Assembly (NCBI GenBank): GCA_018056545.1
Contig: JAGPFL010000002.1
Span: 1 to 62,792, forward strand
Reading direction: 5' to 3'
DNA: 62,792 nt
Source of the DNA: Syntrophobacterales bacterium
GTDB lineage: Bacteria; Desulfobacterota; Syntrophia; Syntrophales; UBA8958
The notes under the pieces are model-generated. The model had not been told where the DNA came from. It did no database searches and worked only from the letters and a program-made list of their open reading frames with translations. Positions 18,552-27,945 of the stretch are shown in pieces (position 1 is the first letter of the stretch; every line of letters starts with the position of its first letter). A program made the translations under genes and the position numbers.

Positions 18552-19496
18552 ATGAAAAAAAAGCGGCTCACCATCACCGGCGGCAAGGGATTTCTCGGCA
18601 CCCACCTCGTCCGGGCCTTTCGAAACCGGGGTTACGAAAATATCACCATCGCCGATCTGCCCGATTACAACCTGATCGTCCCGGAAGACGTCCGGCGCCT
18701 GTACGACGAGACCAGACCCGACATCGTCATCCACCTGGCCGCCAAGGTGGGCGGGATCGGCTTCAATCGGGAAAACCCCGGGGCACTTTTTTACGAAAAC
18801 ATAATGATGGGGGTGCAGCTCATCCACGAGGGGTATCTCCGCCGGATCGACAAATTCGTGGCCCTGGGAACGATCTGCGCCTACCCGAAATTCACCCCCG
18901 TACCCTTCCGGGAAGATGACCTGTGGAACGGCTATCCCGAAGAAACCAATGCCCCTTACGGCCTGGCGAAAAAGATGATGCTCGTCCAATCCCAGGCCTA
19001 CCGCCGGCAATACGGTTTCAACTCCATCTTCCTGTTGCCCGTAAACCTTTACGGTCCGGGGGACAATTTCGACCCCCGCTCCTCCCATGTCATCCCCGCC
19101 CTGATCAAGAAATGCGTGGACGCCCGGCTCACGGGAGACAAGACCGTCACGGTCTGGGGATCGGGAAAGGCCACCCGGGAGTTTTTCTACGTGGAAGACG
19201 CCGCGGAGGCCATCGTCCTGGCCACGGAACGTTACAACAAATCCGAGCCGGTGAACATCGGGGCGGGCTTCGAGATCTCCATCCGCGAGCTGGTGAACCT
19301 CATCGTGGAGCTGACGGGCTACTCCGGAGACATCGTCTGGGATACCGACCAGCCCGACGGCCAGCCACGGCGGATGCTCGACACCTCCCGGGCCTGGCGC
19401 GAGCTCGGTTTCCGGGCGCGGACGGATTTTCGGGAGGGTTTGCGGCGGACCATCGCCTGGTATGAAACGGAGGGCGTCAAGAGAAAATATGCCTGA
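18552..19496 (+). CDS. fcl: GDP-L-fucose synthase (GDP-4-keto-6-deoxymannose 3,5-epimerase/4-reductase)
   Basis: Starts at [16 protein letters not shown]. It contains PYGLAKKM (YxxxK) and [10 protein letters not shown]. The ORF-track start at 18465 overlaps gmd. Confidence 0.9.
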   Translation: MKKKRLTITGGKGFLGTHLVRAFRNRGYENITIADLPDYNLIVPEDVRRLYDETRPDIVIHLAAKVGGIGFNRENPGALFYENIMMGVQLIHEGYLRRIDKFVALGTICAYPKFTPVPFREDDLWNGYPEETNAPYGLAKKMMLVQSQAYRRQYGFNSIFLLPVNLYGPGDNFDPRSSHVIPALIKKCVDARLTGDKTVTVWGSGKATREFFYVEDAAEAIVLATERYNKSEPVNIGAGFEISIRELVNLIVELTGYSGDIVWDTDQPDGQPRRMLDTSRAWRELGFRARTDFREGLRRTIAWYETEGVKRKYA

Positions 19497-19554
19497 CGGG
19501 AGCGTCATTTTTTATTGACTTCCCCAACCGTACGTGTTAATAGGCGCTGCGCCG

Positions 19555-19839
19555 ATGGATAAGGAAAGTAGAAAAGCATACGTTCAGATGGCCTACGCCA
19601 GCAGCATCGGCTTCGCCTTCGTCCTCCTTATCTTCGGGGGGCTGTTTGTCGGCAACTGGCTGGACAAGAAGATGGGCACTTCCTTCTTCTTCACCGTGCT
19701 GCTGTTCATTATGGGCGTGGTGGGCGGTTTCAGGAATCTTTACGTCCTGATCAGCAAGTCGTTTCAGGATGATAAAATAATTATCAAGAGCATCAAAAGT
19801 GAACCTCACCGGAAAAGACCCGTTCCAGCAAAGGCTTGA
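19555..19839 (+). CDS. AtpZ/AtpQ-like small membrane protein (ATPase_gene1 family)
   Basis: Two TM helices with the GNWLDKKMGTS motif typical of the small gene that precedes atpI. Start is uncertain. Confidence 0.5.
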   Translation: MDKESRKAYVQMAYASSIGFAFVLLIFGGLFVGNWLDKKMGTSFFFTVLLFIMGVVGGFRNLYVLISKSFQDDKIIIKSIKSEPHRKRPVPAKA

Positions 19840-20194
19840 AACAGTCAATTGGGTCGTCCTCGCCGTTTTCGTCGCCGCCAGTGCCTTCCTTTTTTCCCTT
19901 GACTTCACCCTGGGCGTCCTGCTGGGCGGTTTCATCAGTATCGTGAACTACCACTGGCTCTGCCGGGACGTGAAGAAGGTCTTCCAGCATCTCACCGACC
20001 GTGCCAAAAGCCGGATCATGTTCAAATATTATATCCGTTTCGGCGTCACCGCCGTCGTTCTGTTTTTCATCGTCTCCAGCCGAATCGTCGATGTGATCGG
20101 CCTGCTGATCGGTCTGTCCGTGGTTATCGTCAACATCGCGCTATCCGCTGTGATAACGCTCTCAAAAAAAAATTGCCTTGAGGAGGTCAATTAA
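19799..20194 (+). CDS. atpI: ATP synthase subunit I (AtpI-like)
   Basis: 131 aa with a GTG start and four hydrophobic segments. It lies immediately upstream of atpB. Confidence 0.6.
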   Translation: MNLTGKDPFQQRLETVNWVVLAVFVAASAFLFSLDFTLGVLLGGFISIVNYHWLCRDVKKVFQHLTDRAKSRIMFKYYIRFGVTAVVLFFIVSSRIVDVIGLLIGLSVVIVNIALSAVITLSKKNCLEEVN

Positions 20195-20197
20195 CAG

Positions 20198-20857
20198 ATG
20201 CACAGCTTGTCTTTCCTGCAATTAATATTACCCGGGGTTCCCACATATATCACCTACACATGGTTCGTCATGGCCCTGCTGGCCCTCTTTTCCTTTCTGG
20301 CCACCCGGAGTCTGTCCCTGACGCCGGGCGGTTTTCAGAACACCATGGAGGTTTTCGTCAGCGCCATAGACAAGCTCCTGATCGATACCATGGGACCCCA
20401 CGGCAAGCGTTTCTTCCCCCTGATCGCCACCCTGGGATTCTTCATTCTCACCTCCAACCTCATCGGCCTGATCCCGGGCCTGGAGTCGCCGACGGCCAAT
20501 CTCAACACCACCGTGGCCATGGCCCTGGTGGTCTTTTTCCTCACCCACATCGTGGGGGTCCAGATTCAGGGTCTCAAATATTTCAAACAGTTCCTCGGCC
20601 CCGTGTGGTGGTTGACCCCCCTGATGCTGCCCATCGAACTGGTCAGCCACATCTCCCGGCCCGTATCCCTGTCGATGCGTCTCTTCGGAAACATCGAGGG
20701 CGGCCATATCGTGCTGTTCGTCCTCTTTATCCTGGTACCGCTTCTGGTGCCGCTGCCCATCCTGGTCCTCAAGTTGCTCATCTCCTTCATCCAGACTCTG
20801 GTCTTCATGCTCCTGTCCATGATGTACATTGCCGGCGCCATGGAAGAACATCACTGA
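20198..20857 (+). CDS. atpB: F0F1 ATP synthase subunit a
   Basis: 219 aa. The essential Arg context is [13 protein letters not shown], plus the C-terminal [13 protein letters not shown]. Confidence 0.9.
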   Translation: MHSLSFLQLILPGVPTYITYTWFVMALLALFSFLATRSLSLTPGGFQNTMEVFVSAIDKLLIDTMGPHGKRFFPLIATLGFFILTSNLIGLIPGLESPTANLNTTVAMALVVFFLTHIVGVQIQGLKYFKQFLGPVWWLTPLMLPIELVSHISRPVSLSMRLFGNIEGGHIVLFVLFILVPLLVPLPILVLKLLISFIQTLVFMLLSMMYIAGAMEEHH

Positions 20858-20884
20858 TCGCTCCCCGAAATTCATCGGAAAACA

Positions 20885-20917
20885 AAAGCGGGGCCCCGGT
20901 AGGGCCCCGCTTTTTTA
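20885..20917 (+). terminator. rho-independent terminator after atpB
   Basis: GCGGGGCC-CCGGTAG-GGCCCCGC followed by TTTTTT. No atpE follows atpB. Confidence 0.75.
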
Positions 20918-21037
20918 CGATCAAGCCGGTACCATATCCATACACATCCCTCTCCTAATTTTAATGACGATGACAACACAATCTGATAAAGAAAGTTATA
21001 TACATATCAATTAAGCTAAATCCAGAGGAGGAAGATC

Positions 21038-22126
21038 ATGGGCAGATTGTTACTGACAATTTTTCTGTGCCTGATTTATGTGCAGGCAAACGCGGATGTG
21101 ATCGTTACGGAGAAGCAGGGCGGCGTGGAGCAGAAGGTCCTCATCTCCGGCGACAAGGTCCAGGTCCGCAAGCGCATGGACGCCGCCACGGTCAACGCGG
21201 GCATGAGTGACCGGATCGCGGGGGTGAAGGAGATCACCGGCAGCAAGAGCATGTTCGACGCCTTCAAGGAGAGGTATGCCCGCTCCAAGGGAACCGATGT
21301 GGCAACCCTGGAGAAACAGCATCAACTCCAGGCCGAGGCGGCTTTTAATACGGAAATGAGAAACCTCAACCTCAAACGGGACCGCAACGGAAAGCTCGCC
21401 CCCGCCGATCAGGCCCGCTACGACGAATTGATGGCCAAAAAGAAGGAAAGGGAAACCTTGACCGCCGACGGGGAAACCGTTGCCGCCAAGAAGGGCCGCG
21501 AGCAGGCCCAAACCGCTTTGACCGGCATGGAGGCAAAGCAGGGGGAATTGGCCAAGGAGGCCGTTGACAAATCCCTCCAGATCGAGACCTACCGTTTCGA
21601 CCGGAACCGCTACTATGTCGTCAAGCCCGCCAAGGGAACCTACACGGAAACGACCATCACAGAAGAAAAGGAAAGACGCGGCAAGAAGGCCAGAAAATCG
21701 TCGGGGGCCGACGGCGCCACGGCGGAACTCAAGGCGACGGGAGAAAAGGAGACGGTGAACGGCCAGGAATGCGAAATCTACCTGGGAACCCTGACCATGC
21801 GCGGCCGGGCCTTGGCCGCCGACCGTCTCTGCATCTTCAAAACCAGCGGGGACGTGGCGGTCGAATACTGGCGCGCCCAGAACAGGCTGCTTCTGGAGAT
21901 CGGTCCCACTTCCCCCAACCCTCTTGACCGGCTTTTCGCCCTGGCCCCTGCCTACTACGGCGAGCTGGCCAAACTACCGGGGATCCCCCTGAAGCGCACG
22001 ATGAACATGACCCGCGGCAGCGGCGTGGCCGCCGGCAACTCCTTCGTTACAGAAACCGCCATCGTCTCCACGGACAAGATCGATCCCGCGGAGTTCGAGC
22101 TTCCCAAGGGTCTTAAAAAGGAATAG
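21038..22126 (+). CDS. secreted hypothetical protein
   Basis: 362 aa. GAGGAGG RBS and signal peptide MGRLLLTIFLCLIYVQANA. The middle is charged and coiled-coil-like. I recognise no family with confidence. Confidence 0.6.
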   Translation: MGRLLLTIFLCLIYVQANADVIVTEKQGGVEQKVLISGDKVQVRKRMDAATVNAGMSDRIAGVKEITGSKSMFDAFKERYARSKGTDVATLEKQHQLQAEAAFNTEMRNLNLKRDRNGKLAPADQARYDELMAKKKERETLTADGETVAAKKGREQAQTALTGMEAKQGELAKEAVDKSLQIETYRFDRNRYYVVKPAKGTYTETTITEEKERRGKKARKSSGADGATAELKATGEKETVNGQECEIYLGTLTMRGRALAADRLCIFKTSGDVAVEYWRAQNRLLLEIGPTSPNPLDRLFALAPAYYGELAKLPGIPLKRTMNMTRGSGVAAGNSFVTETAIVSTDKIDPAEFELPKGLKKE

Positions 22127-22146
22127 AATAGGGACGATATTGAGCG

Positions 22147-23538
22147 ATGATGAAAAGATTACTGCCGCTTCTGGCCGTTTGCTGCCTGGCCTCGTTCGCC
22201 TTCGGAGCTCCCGGGGATTACCGTCCCGACCGGACGGCGCCGTCCTTGACCCCACTGGATCGGCAAATTCTTGGGATGCCGTACTTCCTTAGCGCTCCGG
22301 GCATGGCCGGGAAACCGGCCGCCTCCGACGGCAGCGCGGCGGCCGACGCGGCCAGGGCCAATGCCGGGAGAACCGCCGCCCAGGCCCAGGCCGCCCGGAG
22401 GGAAATGGCCAGGGCGGAAAGTATCATGACCAGCAGAACCGCCGACGCCGCCCAAAGGAGCCAGGCACGAATAGCCTACGACAGCGCGAAGGCAAAAGCG
22501 GAAAGCGCCCGGCGCACCCAGGAGGAACAGCAACGGGAGGCATCCAAACAGGCCATGTATGAAGAGCAGGACGCCCAGCGCTGCCGGGATGCCCTGGGGG
22601 GCATCGAAAAGGAACTGGAGGCGCTCGGCCAAGCCAACCGCCGGGCCCGACAGTCCTTCGCCGCCGGGGAATACCCGGCGGCCATGACGGCCATCGAGGA
22701 GAGCAAGAAAGCCCGGGCCGCGGCCAACGGTCTGCACCGGCAGGCCTTGGGCTGCAAGGGATTGACCGGACAGAGACTGAAGCTGAAGAAAGTCGGCGAC
22801 CTCCTGCTGGAGGCCCAGGTATGGCGACATACCGCGGGGGAGGCCACGGCCGGGGATAAAATCCTCAACCTCTACCTCCAGTCCCTCACCGACCCGGAAC
22901 GCGGCGATGCCGCGGCCTTCATCTGGGACCTCTACGGGGAGAGCAAGCGTTTGCTCCGGGAACGCTTCCGCGGGAGATTCATCCTCACCCACAAACTCCG
23001 GCTGCCCGTCGCCGGGGTGGAAATCGGCAAGACCATCGGCGACCGGGAAATGGAACAGCTCGAATTTGATCTTTTTCAGGGCTTCAAGAGAGGATTGACG
23101 TTGCCGGCCCGGTTCGATTACGCCCAACGTTTCGCCGCAAGGGACGCGGCGGCAGGGAACGAATCCTTCTACAAGGATGCCCTGGAACGCCTGGAACATC
23201 CCACCCGGGCAACCCGCGCCAGTTCCGTCTTCACCGATGACCAACTCTTTTACTATGTAGTCTGCTATTACGACTTTACCGGCCGGGAAAAGGAGATCCC
23301 GAACATCTACCGCGCTTATGAAAACTTCGTGGATGCCCAAAAGGAGCCAACGATGTACCGCACCCAGGCGGATTACCGAGAGACTAAATCCCGCCTCGAC
23401 GGAATCATGGCGTCAAAAAACCTCATCCTACCGGTCGCTACACCTCTCCAATGGGGGATAGACAAGGAAAAGGCCAAGAAGCTGGAAGAAAAAAAGCGGC
23501 TTGAAGCGCTGAAGAAGCAACCGGGCATGCAGTTCTAA
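22147..23538 (+). CDS. secreted hypothetical protein (Ala/Arg/Gln-rich coiled-coil N-terminal half)
   Basis: 463 aa with signal peptide MMKRLLPLLAVCCLASFAFG. No motif recognised. Confidence 0.6.
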   Translation: MMKRLLPLLAVCCLASFAFGAPGDYRPDRTAPSLTPLDRQILGMPYFLSAPGMAGKPAASDGSAAADAARANAGRTAAQAQAARREMARAESIMTSRTADAAQRSQARIAYDSAKAKAESARRTQEEQQREASKQAMYEEQDAQRCRDALGGIEKELEALGQANRRARQSFAAGEYPAAMTAIEESKKARAAANGLHRQALGCKGLTGQRLKLKKVGDLLLEAQVWRHTAGEATAGDKILNLYLQSLTDPERGDAAAFIWDLYGESKRLLRERFRGRFILTHKLRLPVAGVEIGKTIGDREMEQLEFDLFQGFKRGLTLPARFDYAQRFAARDAAAGNESFYKDALERLEHPTRATRASSVFTDDQLFYYVVCYYDFTGREKEIPNIYRAYENFVDAQKEPTMYRTQADYRETKSRLDGIMASKNLILPVATPLQWGIDKEKAKKLEEKKRLEALKKQPGMQF

Positions 23539-23549
23539 TACGGTTATGT

Positions 23550-23819
23550 TTATTTTCCCAGCGCCCCGCATTTCAACAGGGTCTCGGTGACATTGCACAT
23601 CTGATCGAGCACCTGAGGGAGACCCTTGCCGCCGGTGTAGGCCCGCCGCTTTTCACCGACGGCAAGCGGGTCGATTCTGCCGGTACTGAACTCATCCAGG
23701 ATCGTTTTGATTCCCCGGAAATGTTCTTCCGTCTGTTTAATCCTTTGCAACTCGATTCCCGGGGCAGCCTTGGCATTTTGCAGAAACGGAATGGTCTTCT
23801 TATCCAGATTCCTCACCAT
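23550..23819 (-). CDS. hypothetical protein (89 aa)
   Basis: Open frame in an AT-richer stretch. It overlaps the upstream gene stop by 20 nt. No motif recognised. Confidence 0.35.
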   Translation of the reverse strand: MVRNLDKKTIPFLQNAKAAPGIELQRIKQTEEHFRGIKTILDEFSTGRIDPLAVGEKRRAYTGGKGLPQVLDQMCNVTETLLKCGALGK

Positions 23820-24360
23820 TTTTCGGATTCCGCAGGTCGTTTAATACCTTGACATCCCGGAATCTTTCGGAGTGCATGCTGGTAGTGAATTCCTGAAAAG
23901 TTTTTTCGCAGCTTTGGTATCGTTTCCGTTCCGTCCAGGCAGCACCGAAATCTTCGCTGACCGTATAGAGAAGTCCCCGTACTTTGAGGATCTCCACAGG
24001 TAAGGGATTTAATATATTGAGGTATTTTATGGTCTGCGGTGTCGGAAAATCGGCCATTACCGCCCATTTATGTTCAAAGTTTTTCGTTTCTTCCGGGTTC
24101 ATGTCGCCTTGGACAAGGGTCATGGCTTCCCGTGCGGCACCGACGACGCGTTGATATTTGTCCCGTGTCAGTTTAGAGATATCGAGGGGATTTTGCAGTT
24201 CCAGGGGGATCACTCTGTGGGCGGCGATAGCCGGAGAGTTTGAGGGGCCGGAACGAACGAATCCACAGACGAGGAGCAGAACCGATAAGCAACCGGAATT
24301 CTCTTCATGACCTTTTCTCCCCCTTGTTGCACGGATACGGTCAAGACCGGGAAATGTCAC
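23800..24360 (-). CDS. hypothetical exported protein; start uncertain
   Basis: The long frame has the signal-like LSVLLLVCGFV. The ORF-track start (GTG 24405) sits in a terminator loop. GTG 24360 is in frame. The RBS-preceded ATG at 24308 is in another frame. Confidence 0.4.
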   Translation of the reverse strand: MTFPGLDRIRATRGRKGHEENSGCLSVLLLVCGFVRSGPSNSPAIAAHRVIPLELQNPLDISKLTRDKYQRVVGAAREAMTLVQGDMNPEETKNFEHKWAVMADFPTPQTIKYLNILNPLPVEILKVRGLLYTVSEDFGAAWTERKRYQSCEKTFQEFTTSMHSERFRDVKVLNDLRNPKNGEESG

Positions 24361-24390
24361 GGCAGCGGGAAGCCCCGGAATCCATCGGAG

Positions 24391-24426
24391 AAAAAAGCGG
24401 GGCACTGCCGGGCAACCCGCTTTTTT
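24391..24426. terminator. bidirectional hairpin terminator
   Basis: AAAAAAGCGGGG-CACTGCCGGGCAA-CCCGCTTTTTT has A/T runs on both sides. Confidence 0.6.
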
Positions 24427-24570
24427 GTGATCATGCCGGGCACCATTGTGAACAGCCTATCTCCCGACATCTCCGTCCTGGACCTTGCCCATCTCCCGCA
24501 TCTTCACCTTACGAGCGTCAGCCTGGAGGACAGCGGCGAAGGCAGACCTCGCTTTCCGGGGTCCGGTTCC

Positions 24571-24815
24571 TTACTTCTTTACCTCCTCGTCGAAGGTATG
24601 CCGGGATACTTCCTTGATCTCCGAATTCCGAATGGTGAAGATGGCGCCGGTGCGGGCATCCTTGAAGGATACGCCCCCGGCTTTGGTTTTTCATAATCCC
24701 TCGTATAATATTCGATTTTTGATGTCGGATCGGTGAAATTGTAGTAGGACGCACCCCCGGCAACCATCATCATGATGAGGCATGCCACTAAAACGGGCAA
24801 CCATCTCGACTTCAT
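24571..24815 (-). pseudogene. small membrane-anchored protein gene with apparent 1-nt frameshift at a G5 run
   Basis: AAGGGGAG RBS plus the ATG at 24815 give MKSRWLPVLVACLIMMMVAGG...EKPKPG. After the G5 run (plus-strand C5 at 24674-24678) the frame with high third-position GC switches. It then reads GGVSFKDARTGAIFTIRNSEIKEVSRHTFDEEVKK, with a stop at 24571. Confidence 0.45.
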
Positions 24816-25121
24816 AAACACTCCCCTTCACACGATTATTTTTCTATCTCGTTCAGAATCTCACCGTCAAGGCCACAAACGGGCCCCCAATGCCGGGCAT
24901 TCAGGCAATAATTGTTCATACCTTTTCCGTCGCCCTCCTATCCTGTTCCGGTTAGATAATTGCGCCGCCCGCCCAGTCTCCGGAAAGATGGACCTAGGGG
25001 GACTATGAAGATAAAGGTTCTTGCTTGTGAAGGGGAAATAACCCTCGCGACAGTCATGCCCCCTTCGCAGACGACCTTTCCCCCACCAACACGCTTTACA
25101 GGCAACCCCGGCAGCGCTCTC

Positions 25122-25149
25122 TTGACAACCTCCATTTGGTGACTATATT
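25122..25149 (+). promoter_or_regulatory. strong sigma-70-like promoter upstream of the Hsp20 trio
   Basis: TTGACA (25122-25127), 16-nt spacer, TATATT (25144-25149). It leaves a ~135-nt leader before the ATG at 25288. Confidence 0.45.
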
Positions 25150-25287
25150 ATGGCCGAAAACGATAATAAGTCTTGGAATATCAAATGGTTGTGTTTTCCC
25201 ATCCCTCGGAGGGAAAAGAAGCCAGGTATGGAGCTGAAGAGATAAGGATAACAATAAATATATAATGTCATGAAAGGAGGTATGGTT

Positions 25288-25731
25288 ATGTTTGGAACAG
25301 GAGCATGGAGGTTCGGAAGACTGCTGGATCCGTACGCGGAATTGTCTCGCTTGCGGAACGAAATGAACCGTTTATTTTCCGGTACCGCGTCGGCATTCGT
25401 CCAGACCTATCCGGCCGTTAATATCTGGGTTGGCGACCAGGAGATAACCATTACGGCGGAGTTGCCCGGGATAGATCCGGAAAAGATTGACATATCGGTA
25501 TTGGGCGACAATCTTACCCTGGCGGGCAGCCGGGAGGTCGAAAACCTTCAGGAAGACGAAACCTATCATCGTCAGGAAAGAAACGGCAGCCGTTTTTCCC
25601 GGACCCTGCAACTGCCTTTCCGCATCGATGCCTCGAAGATCGAGGCACGTTACGAAAAGGGCGTTCTGAAAATCAACGCCCCCCGGGCAGAGGAAGACAA
25701 ACCGAGGAAAATAGCCATCAAAGCGGCATAG
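25288..25731 (+). CDS. Hsp20/alpha-crystallin small heat-shock protein (1 of 3)
   Basis: Alpha-crystallin domain with AELPGIDPEKIDISV and the C-terminal KIAIKAA. AAAGGAGG RBS. The second in-frame ATG is chosen. Confidence 0.85.
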   Translation: MFGTGAWRFGRLLDPYAELSRLRNEMNRLFSGTASAFVQTYPAVNIWVGDQEITITAELPGIDPEKIDISVLGDNLTLAGSREVENLQEDETYHRQERNGSRFSRTLQLPFRIDASKIEARYEKGVLKINAPRAEEDKPRKIAIKAA

Positions 25732-25751
25732 GGAAAGGAGGTCGATTATTC

Positions 25752-26159
25752 ATGGAGAAAGCGCAGACCGATTTGCAGAAACAGCAGGCACAAACACCTT
25801 TGGAATCCGAGCGGACCAGGAACCGCAAGGTCTATGTTCCCAAGGTGGACATTTATGAAACCAAGGACGCCATGGTCCTCATCGCCGACATGCCGGGGGT
25901 TGACGAACAGTCGGTGGATATCACCCTGGAAAAAAACATCCTGACGATCACCGGCAACGTAGAATCCGAGACCTATGCCGATAAAACCCTGGCTTACGCT
26001 GAATACGATACGGGAGACTATCAGCGTGCTTTCACCATCTCGGACGAAGTGGATCAGGATCGAATAGCGGCGACAGTTAAAAACGGGGTGCTGCGCCTGA
26101 AACTGCCCAAGGCGGAAAAGGCCAAGGCAAAGAAGATCGCCATCAAGGCGGGCAAGTAG
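25752..26159 (+). CDS. Hsp20/alpha-crystallin small heat-shock protein (2 of 3)
   Basis: 135 aa with ADMPGVDEQSVDITL, GVLRLKLPK and KIAIKAG. Confidence 0.88.
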   Translation: MEKAQTDLQKQQAQTPLESERTRNRKVYVPKVDIYETKDAMVLIADMPGVDEQSVDITLEKNILTITGNVESETYADKTLAYAEYDTGDYQRAFTISDEVDQDRIAATVKNGVLRLKLPKAEKAKAKKIAIKAGK

Positions 26160-26192
26160 CACCGATAAATTCCAAGAAAGGAGGAACAGCTT

Positions 26193-26699
26193 ATGTTTGG
26201 AAGAAGTTTATTGCCTTCCCTATGGCGACAGACGGATGTTTCTCCGACGCGCGGAGAAGAGCATCCCCTGTCCGTGATTCAAAGGGATATGAACCGTCTG
26301 TTTGACGATTTTTTCCGGGATATGGGAACAGGACTGTGGAGTGGTCCGGGAGAAAGGCTGAACCGGTTCGTCCCTTCGCTGGATGTCATTGAGAATGATA
26401 AGGAATTCACCATCAAGGCGGAACTTCCCGGCATGGATGAGAAGGACGTGGAGGTTCTGCTGACGGAAAGCAATCTCACCCTCAAAGGTGAAAAGAAAGA
26501 GGAAAAGGAAGACAAGGGTAAGGACTACTATCATCTGGAAAGGTCCTATGGATCGTTTCAGAGGGTGATTCCTCTCCCTGAGGGTCTTGAAACCAAGAAG
26601 GCGGAAGCCGTGTTCGAAAAGGGCGTGTTGCGCATCACCCTTCCCAAGACGGAGACGGCCAAGGCCAAAGCCAAAAAAATCGAGATCAAATCACGTTGA
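26193..26699 (+). CDS. Hsp20/alpha-crystallin small heat-shock protein (3 of 3)
   Basis: 168 aa with AELPGMDEKDVEVLL, GVLRITLPK and KIEIKS. Confidence 0.88.
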   Translation: MFGRSLLPSLWRQTDVSPTRGEEHPLSVIQRDMNRLFDDFFRDMGTGLWSGPGERLNRFVPSLDVIENDKEFTIKAELPGMDEKDVEVLLTESNLTLKGEKKEEKEDKGKDYYHLERSYGSFQRVIPLPEGLETKKAEAVFEKGVLRITLPKTETAKAKAKKIEIKSR

Positions 26700-26969
26700 T
26701 TCCCACCCCCTCGCCTCTCCCCGGCCAAGAAATATCGACGGACCGGGGAGGGGCGACCTCCCTGACAATCTTTATCACATTGACATCCCGCCGGCGCCGC
26801 GATTATAACCACCAAGAACGTTTCGCCTCGGTGTAGGCATCTTTCCGGGACAGGACAACAGGTTCATCACGGAGAAGAAGGTTAATCACCACAGCCGGGT
26901 AAAGAAAAAGATAAAAAACCATTCTGATACTTGGCGACATCGCAATATGAAACGGAGGGGAGATAAGGC

Positions 26970-27872
26970 ATGAAAACGGGTGGGAAAATAAAAAAGGTTC
27001 ACGTTGTCTTTTTACTGGTTGCCGCGGCTTTTTTCTTCCTCTCCACAGCCGCGGCGGCAGGGTCCTCACCAAGGCACACCGCCGCGAGAACCGGCAAGCC
27101 GGTGCTGGTCATGATCCACGGCATGTTCGTCGGGCCCTGGTGCTGGGACGCATACCGCGGGTATTTTGAAAAACAGGGATACCGGGTCATTACTCCCACC
27201 CTCAGGCACCATGATCTTCCTTTGAGCGCCCCGCCGCCGGCGGAACTCATGAAAACCGGCATCGCCGATTACGTCGCCGACGTGGAAAAAGAAATCCTCG
27301 CCACGAATGATAAGCCCATCGTTATCGGTCACTCCATGGGGGGGCTCATCGCCCAGTTGCTGGCCGCCAAGGGTCTCGCCCGGGCGGCGGTCCTCATCGC
27401 CCCAGCGGTTCCCCGGGGAATCAGCCCTCTTTCCTGGACGGGGATCAAGAGCGCCTGGATGAACCGGCAGCGCCTCGGCCATTGGCGGGAGCCGCTGCGA
27501 CCGACTTTCGCAGGCGCCGCCTATTCCTCCCTCCATCTCCTGGCACCGGAGGAACGGGAAAGGGTATTCGGTCGTTTCACCTATGAATCCCCCCGGGCGG
27601 CCGGGGAGATAAGCTTCTGGTTTTTCGACCGGCAGCGCAGCACCGCCGTGGACGGCGACCGGATAACCTGTCCGGTCCTCACCATCGCCGCCGCCGAGGA
27701 CCGCCTCGTCCCACCGTCAATCGTCAGGAAAATCCACGACAAATACCGGCATGTTTCCACCTACCGGGAATTCAACAACCACGCTCATTTCATCATCGCC
27801 GAACCGGGATGGGAAAAAGTGGCAAGGGAGATCGAGATCTGGCTCCGGGAAAAGACCGGGGACGGACAATGA
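26970..27872 (+). CDS. alpha/beta hydrolase with signal peptide
   Basis: 300 aa with the nucleophile elbow GHSMGG and an N-terminal hydrophobic signal. Confidence 0.75.
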   Translation: MKTGGKIKKVHVVFLLVAAAFFFLSTAAAAGSSPRHTAARTGKPVLVMIHGMFVGPWCWDAYRGYFEKQGYRVITPTLRHHDLPLSAPPPAELMKTGIADYVADVEKEILATNDKPIVIGHSMGGLIAQLLAAKGLARAAVLIAPAVPRGISPLSWTGIKSAWMNRQRLGHWREPLRPTFAGAAYSSLHLLAPEERERVFGRFTYESPRAAGEISFWFFDRQRSTAVDGDRITCPVLTIAAAEDRLVPPSIVRKIHDKYRHVSTYREFNNHAHFIIAEPGWEKVAREIEIWLREKTGDGQ

Positions 27873-27945
27873 CCTGACCCGCAAAGTCGGGGTGAAAAAA
27901 CGGAAGCAATGATGATTCGGCGCAATCAACGGCGCGGATAGCCTC

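Noticed and set aside
24210-24405. Frameshift in the N-terminus of the exported protein gene (the RBS-preceded ATG at 24308 is out of frame with the long ORF).
   Set aside because: An in-frame GTG at 24360 gives a plausible, if RBS-poor, start without any frameshift. No homopolymer is present. The evidence is too weak, so it is recorded only as an uncertain start.
25121-25150. Sigma-32 heat-shock promoter for the Hsp20 genes.
   Set aside because: CTTGACA resembles the sigma-32 -35 box, but no CCCCATnT-like -10 lies at the right spacing. The element fits sigma-70 (TTGACA-N16-TATATT) better.
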